A stretch of DNA of 64,000 bases, taken from the human T2T-CHM13v2.0 reference genome, Homo sapiens. This document shows positions 57,117 through 64,000 of this stretch, piece by piece; the stretch's first letter is position 1; every line of letters starts with the position of its first letter. The stretch is from NCBI RefSeq assembly GCF_009914755.1, contig NC_060936.1; one strand, 5' to 3'. A program made the position numbers and the translations under genes. Under the pieces are notes generated by a model, which saw nothing but the letters and a program-made list of their open reading frames with translations, did no database searches and was not told the DNA's origin.

Positions 57117-57192
57117 AAGCACATTTTTTTTTTCCTCTCTGGCTATGAAAAGAAGAAGCACTTTTTTTTTCCTCTCTGGCTATGAAAAGAAG
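57117..57192. repeat. ~38-bp tandem duplication
   Basis: aagcac(a)(T)9-10cctctctggctatgaaaagaag twice (57117-57155 and 57156-57192). Confidence 0.95.
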
Positions 57193-57484
57193 TAACCTTA
57201 AAAATTTGCTACAAATAAAAATTGCAAGCATCTGAAATATTCATTCACATTCCCCCAAGATAATTTCACATAGAGCATAATAATTTGTATTTGACCCTCT
57301 GCCTCTGAGGAGTTCTACTTACAGCTTATTAACTAATAATCAACTTGCAGAAAGCTGAAGGTATTGTGTGCCTTGTTGGCAATTATTTCATTTCTAATAA
57401 ATTCCTAATTAATAATTTTCTGCAGTTGAAGACATTGTCTAAACTCACCCAAGACTCAAGCTTATATAACAGGATTTTTTCCCA

Positions 57485-58172
57485 CATTTTATCTATTGAG
57501 ATGTAGTTGATACACAAAAAATTGCACGCATTGACTGTGCAATTGATGAGTTAGGACATATGCATAGACCTATGAAACCATGACCATAACAAAGATAGTA
57601 AATATATATATCACCTCCAAAACTTTTCTTGTGTTCTTTTGTGGGTTTTGTTTTTTGCTTCTTTTTTTCTTTTTCAAAAGAACAAAACATGAGATCTACC
57701 ATCTTAAAATATTTTAAAATTTACAATACTGTATTGTTAACTATAGATACTATGTTGTTTACCAAATCTCTGTAACTTACTTATGTTTGCAAAAGAAACT
57801 CTGTACCCACCAAAAAAAAAAACCTCCATTTCTCTCTTCCTCCCCACCAAGCCCTCGGCAGCCACCATCCTATTTTCTGCTTCTCTGAGTTCGGGTATTT
57901 TACATACCTCCTATAAGAAGAGTCATGTAGTATTGGTCCTTTTGTGACTGGCTTATTTCATTTAGCAAAATATCCCCCAGGTTCATTCATGTTGTCACAA
58001 TGACGGAATTTCTTTCTTTATAAAGCTGAGTAATATTCTTCTATGTATATAACACAGTTTCTTTATTCTTATGCACATGGACATTTGCATTGTTTCCATA
58101 TCTTTGCTAGTATGAATGTTGCTCCAATGAACATGGGGTACAGATACTTCTTCAAGATCTTTATTTTAATTA
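57485..58172 (-). mobile_element. L1MA/MB 3' end
   Basis: tattgagatgtagttgatacac...gagatctacc...tgtgactggcttatttcatttagc...atgaacatgggg. Confidence 0.8.
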
Positions 58173-58174
58173 TT

Positions 58175-58940
58175 TCACAAGCACATGAAACTAGAAATCA
58201 GTAACAGGAGGAAAATTGGAAAATTCTCAAATATGTGGAAATTAAACAACATATTCCTAAAGAAACAAGGGGTCAAAAAGAAATCCAAAGAGAAATTAAG
58301 ACATATCTTGAGCCAACTGAAAATGAAAACACAACATGCCCAAACTTATGGGATACAGCAAAAGCAGTACCAAGAAGGAAGTTTATGGCCATAAATGCTT
58401 ACACTTAGAAAGAAGAAAAATTTTCAAATAAACAACTAAACATTATACCTCAAGGAACTAGAAAAAGAACAAAGTAAGTCCAAAGCTAATAAAAGGAAGG
58501 AAATAAAGACTGGAGCAGAAATAAATGAAATAGAGACTAGAAAAACAATAGAAAATATCAACAAAACTGAAATGTGGCTTTCTGAAAAGATAAAATTGGC
58601 AATTTTTTTTTAAAAGAAAAGAATCAAATAAATGAAATTGGAAATGAAACAGGAGACACTACAACTGATACCAGAAAAATACAAAGAATCATAAAAAATA
58701 TTATAAATTTTTATACATCAACAAATTGGATAACCTAGGAGATATTGATACATTCAAGAAACAAACCACCTACCAAGACTGTATTTTGAAGAAAAGGAAA
58801 ATATGAACAGAACCAATAATGAGTAAGGACATTAAATTGGTAATCAAAAACGTTCCAGCAAAGAAAAGCCCAGGACCAGATAACTTTAGTGATGAATTCT
58901 AACAACCATTTAAATAATTATTGTCATCCTTCTCAAATTT
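58175..58940 (+). mobile_element. L1M ORF2 fragment (post-endonuclease/Z region)
   Basis: ORF 58185 MKLEISNRRKIGKFSNMWKLNN; aagaaaagcccaggaccaga (KKSPGPD). Confidence 0.88.
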
Positions 58941-60999
58941 TTCATATGTATTTTAGATTTAAAGCTAATCTCCAATAAGAAAAATCTAAAAGTTAGTCTT
59001 AAAAATCATAGTTTCTTTTAGGACTACTTTTAGAGGACCAAAAAAGTAAGTCCCACTCCTAGTTCAGAAATAACCTGTCCCCAAACTATATAGAAGCCAG
59101 TTATACAGATATTTATATATGTATATTTATATAAATATTTATATATAATAAATATATATATTTGTCTCTTTTTTGCAAAAAGATATTCACATTTCATCTC
59201 TCAAAGCACTCAAAAGATATGTATTTAAAGATATGTCTCCTACATTTAAATAGAGGTAACTATTAGAGTTGTAATATTCCATTAGTTAATGTAGTATATG
59301 GCAATGAGCTGTTCTATGTTGTTTCTCTGGCTGAATAAAGCTGGGAAGAATCAAATGAATGGCATAGTGCTGTACACAGGTATTAATGCTTATAAAATTT
59401 ATTGCAAATTCAATACCACAGAGGAGAAGACCTCTGTGTGTACAGACTACTTACCAATAGAGACTGTTATTTTCTATTCCACCAGAGACACCTCATGAAA
59501 CAATCTGGATTGGAATTTGACTCTTCCCACTTTTTTCAGGGGATGACATTCATTTTACTTTTATAAACTTCATAAAAAGAGAACATTCTTTATTGAAGGA
59601 TATACTAACTCTGCACAATGGATCAGACAGCATATCCCATAATACATTGAAGTTATCCCTATCTGAGACACTAAGATGCTTGTATTAGCCTCAGAACTTT
59701 GCACAGTGCTGCACATAAGTAGCATTCAAGGAATGTTAGTGGAATTGAAACTTATGCACTACAACATATCTCATTACATTTTTAGAACAAGATCATGATA
59801 TGGGAAAATGGCAAGATTTAGAGTCAGTATGCCCAAGTTTGAGTGCAAACTCTGATATTTACCAGTATGATGTTGTCAGAAATGTCACTTAACCTCAGTA
59901 AGTCTCAATTTTCTCTTATATAAAAGAAGGATTAAAATAGCTTTCTAACAAATTGTTGAGAGAATAAAAAATACAGAAAATATGAAGATGTTTTGTAAAA
60001 TGCAGTATCCAAATACTCTCGAAACATGGTTAAATAGAAATAAAACATCAAAAACATTAACCCAGAAAGATGATGCAAAAATTTTAATTAGTGTTACAGT
60101 ATCACTGATGTTTGTCATCTATTGTGCTCTGGAATAAGCATTACTTCAAATTAACAGTAACTTAGTTTAAATAACTGAGTAATATTGGCACCACAAGAAT
60201 GCACCAAAATCAAATAACATAGAAATATTCCTAGATTAATCATTCATCCACTCACTGCAATTAGTTCATTTGTTTCCCCTTTTTCTTATTGGCAATTCTT
60301 CTGTTCACTTTCATTTCTTGGACATTAATGTATAATAAGGCAAAAGATTTCCATTCATTAGTGAATATATACTAAATTATGGTGAAGTCATGTTTTGATA
60401 ATATTATGTTTAATTCTAATCTAATGTTGATCTTGTACATTTCCCCACCTATGGGAATGACAGAAGAATCTGATAGGAAAAAGAAAATGTTAGTGCAACA
60501 ATATGGAAAGATCCAAGGTTAGATAGCAATGGGAAAATGAATAATAAATAAGATAAAAAGATTATGAGTAGCACTAATGTCATATAACAGCAAGAATACA
60601 TGATAGCAATGTAATACATATTTGAAAAATTACTATATCACATTCTACCTTTCAGGTAAATGTTTATAGAAGCAGCTAATTAGGTTTGAACTAGCCAAGC
60701 CTACTGTGTAGAATGAAGGACTGCTGGTTTCCTGAGAATCTTTATCTAAAAAAATATTGTTTGTAAATAAAACCAGGCACGGAGCAATTGTGGCACTTCA
60801 AAAATCCCAAACAGCCCTTACATGTTGATCATATCTGAAGGCTATCTTAATGTATGATGTGTTTTCTAGAAATTACCTTTAAATACTGTTTATAAAATAC
60901 TGCATTTCCACTATATAGCAACAGGAAATAACACCTATAATTATAATCATCTTTGCATTTATTATGCTTCAATATTTTCTTCAAAAAAATCATAGCTTC

Positions 61000-61570
61000 A
61001 GATTACATATGGCTGGTCCCCCGCTTTTAGTCTCTGCACTCCTGAACCTCTGCATTGATTCAATCACAGGGTCTTGCCAGTTCCACCTCCAGTATTTTTC
61101 TATTCATCTACTTAACTGTGCTCTCTGCTTCTGATTATATCACCTTTCCTAACCCAGTGCATCCTCCAAAGTGCAGCTAAAGTAAAATATTGTCTCTTCT
61201 ATCCACATCCGACTATCTCATTCCACCCTAAAATTTCCCTTCAGTTGCCCACTGTCTTTAAGACTTTAAAAGATACTAATGTATAACCGAATTTGCATTT
61301 CCTTCAAAGAATGTGTAGGGTCTTTCAAAATGGAAAAATCGCACCATAGCAGACTGTTGAAAATGAATATTTTCAAGTACATAGATTTCTTGTTTATTCC
61401 TTCACCTGCTTATTCTCCACGTTTTCTCTAATTGTAAGTACTATAAGAACAAGAGTTATATCAATTTTATTCACTGATATACCTCCAGTTTCTCAAATAG
61501 TGCATGGTACTTGGCAAATATTCCATAAATATCTATTAGTATTACATGAACAAAGGAATGAATGAATGAA
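61000..61570 (+). mobile_element. L2 3' region
   Basis: caatcacagggtcttgccagttccacctcc...ttcactgatatacctccag...gaatgaatgaatgaa terminus. Confidence 0.6.
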
Positions 61571-62007
61571 ATATGACCCTAAGATGTCCTATCAACAGCT
61601 TCTCACTTTTTCATAGATCCCATTCTTCTACAAACTGAGGTTCTAAGAGTAACTATCCAAGGGGCCAAAGAGTGCTTAATAGACCAATCTCAACTATCTG
61701 ATGTTAGATACAGTTAATGGATTGCCTGGTTCAAGTAATGATTATATCTATATGTTAAGGAAAATGAATCTGGGATCAACAGGAAACACTGAATATTAGA
61801 AGATTGTGATCTTACTATTGACTGTCCCTAGTAAGCTGTGAGATCATGAGCAGGTAACTCAATGAAATGGATTTTGCATTTCCTCATCTGTAAGAGAAGT
61901 ACGGCTAGATAGTTGGTCTCTCAGATCACCTCTGTAAATTTAACTTCGATGACTCTAGAAATTACATTGTTGATTTGTTTTCCTTTTCCAGAAGAATGGA
62001 ATATTTT

Positions 62008-62545
62008 TTCCACTACTGGGTATCTACTCATAGGAAAAGAAGTCATTATATGGAAAAAAAAAACACATTTGCACACATATGTTTATAGCAGCACAGTTAA
62101 CAACTGCAAAAATATGAAACCAGCCTAAATGCCCTTCAACCAATGAGTGGATAAGAAAAACATGGTATATATACACCATGGAATACTACTCAGCCATAAT
62201 AAAATAATGGCATTCGCAGCAATTTGGATGGAGTTGGAGACAATTATTTTAAGTGAAGTAACTCAGGAATGGAAAACCAAATATCATATGTTCTCACTTA
62301 TAAGTGGGAGCTAAGTTATGAGGACCAAAAGGCATGAGAATGGTATAGTGGACTTTGGGGGATCAAGGAGAAGGGTGGGAGGGTGGCGAGGGATAAAAGA
62401 CTACACATTGGGTACAATGCAAACTGCTCAGGTGATGGGTGAACCAAAATCTCAGAAATTACCACTAAAGAACTTATCCATGGAACCAAAAACCACCTTT
62501 TCCCCAAAAAGCTACTGACATAAAATAAAGATTAAAAGCAAAATA
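62008..62545 (+). mobile_element. L1PB1-like 3' end
   Basis: cactactgggtatctac...aactcaggaatggaaaaccaaa...gagggataaaagactacacattgggtaca...accactaaagaacttatccatg. Confidence 0.92.
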
Positions 62546-63470
62546 GAAATTTTCAAAAAAAAGAAAGGAGATTGGGATATTTTCATTTAGCATATAATTT
62601 AACATATAAGCACTTTATGAAATAAGACTTACTTATTTTTATCTTTATTTTTATTTATGGCATACAACAATAAAAATATATCATATGAAAATATAAAATA
62701 TGAAAATAGAAAATATAACTTTAGAAAATATGCCCTAAATGGAATTGCACTGACTGAAATAACTCTTCTTTTTTCCTGATTACAAATTTTAGGTGAATGT
62801 TTTTGTAATTTCCATCCAAAAAAGTGCTCCCTAACCAAACTGCTCAGGATAGTCCAATTTACCTTAAAGATGAATTAAGTAGTATTTATTACACAGCAAG
62901 GAATCAAGATCTTTTCTCTATACCTTAGGGAATTGAATAATACATTCATTTATATGGGCAAAGAGCTTAATTCTTGTTATTAAATTGTAAATTGCCAACA
63001 TTTAAAGACCCATGGTATTCAATTTTCTTAAACTAATTAAAAACAAATAGGAGTTATTTTGTTTTCACCATCTTTATAAAAATCCCTGATTAACATGCCA
63101 GATGCCACAGCTCTTCAAGCCTGATGAAGGCTCCCTGGAGTTCGTGTCCTTTGATCAGTTGTTGCCAAAGAAGTGAAGCAGATTGTGCAAGCCTGCAGAA
63201 TCATATGATCTCATTCTTCTTGGGGAATTGCTGCTATAAGAAAAGTCAACTGCCTTGATAAAAAAAATTTACAATTATAAAATATCCAGATACTGACAAA
63301 TTTTAAACGCAGGTCAGTGATATGGTATTCCATGACATTCTAGTTATAAAGCCTCCATCTCAATTCCTTCGCATGCATTTTACTGTCATGGAAGTAAAAT
63401 GCTTCACCACAGCCAGGCTAAAGGGAGAGATGCTTTGACTGGTGCAGCGTGTGTTTATGGATATCATTAA

Positions 63471-63817
<347 letters not shown>

Positions 63818-63839
63818 AGCCACTTTATTTTTAAATTTA

Positions 63840-64000
<161 letters not shown>

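Noticed and set aside
59108-59163. TA-rich quasi-palindrome (also 37430-37550)
   Set aside because: Ordinary low-complexity sequence; self-complementarity is expected from composition.
63070-63245. Possible minus-strand exon after a cttttcttatag acceptor
   Set aside because: All three frames hit stops and no clear donor is present; a non-coding exon cannot be supported without transcript data.

Overview
AT-rich, CpG-depleted primate (human-like) genomic DNA. No intact protein-coding gene, RNA gene, CpG island or prokaryotic feature can be supported. Most of the window is interspersed repeats: L1 (PA/PB/MA/MB/MC), Alu, L2, MIR, MaLR LTRs (THE1/MST/MLT1, including one near full-length provirus), ERV1 solo LTRs (MER4, MER41, MER57), two decayed ERVL proviral remnants and DNA-transposon fossils (Tigger3/4, MER30, MADE1). 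The longer ORF-track entries are repeat-derived and the short ones look like chance ORFs. The one recognisable gene-derived sequence is a disabled ~545-bp PEX2 fragment (RING-finger C-terminus plus probable 3'UTR, ~14116-14660). It splits a THE1 LTR, has no visible poly(A) or TSD, and that THE1 itself sits inside an ERVL integrase remnant. Other notable items are a divergent nested THE1 pair with two DUX4-type motifs and several small fold-back or templated-insertion scars. Subfamily names come from recalled consensus sequences and need RepeatMasker/Dfam confirmation. I do not see evidence for a new multi-gene system.
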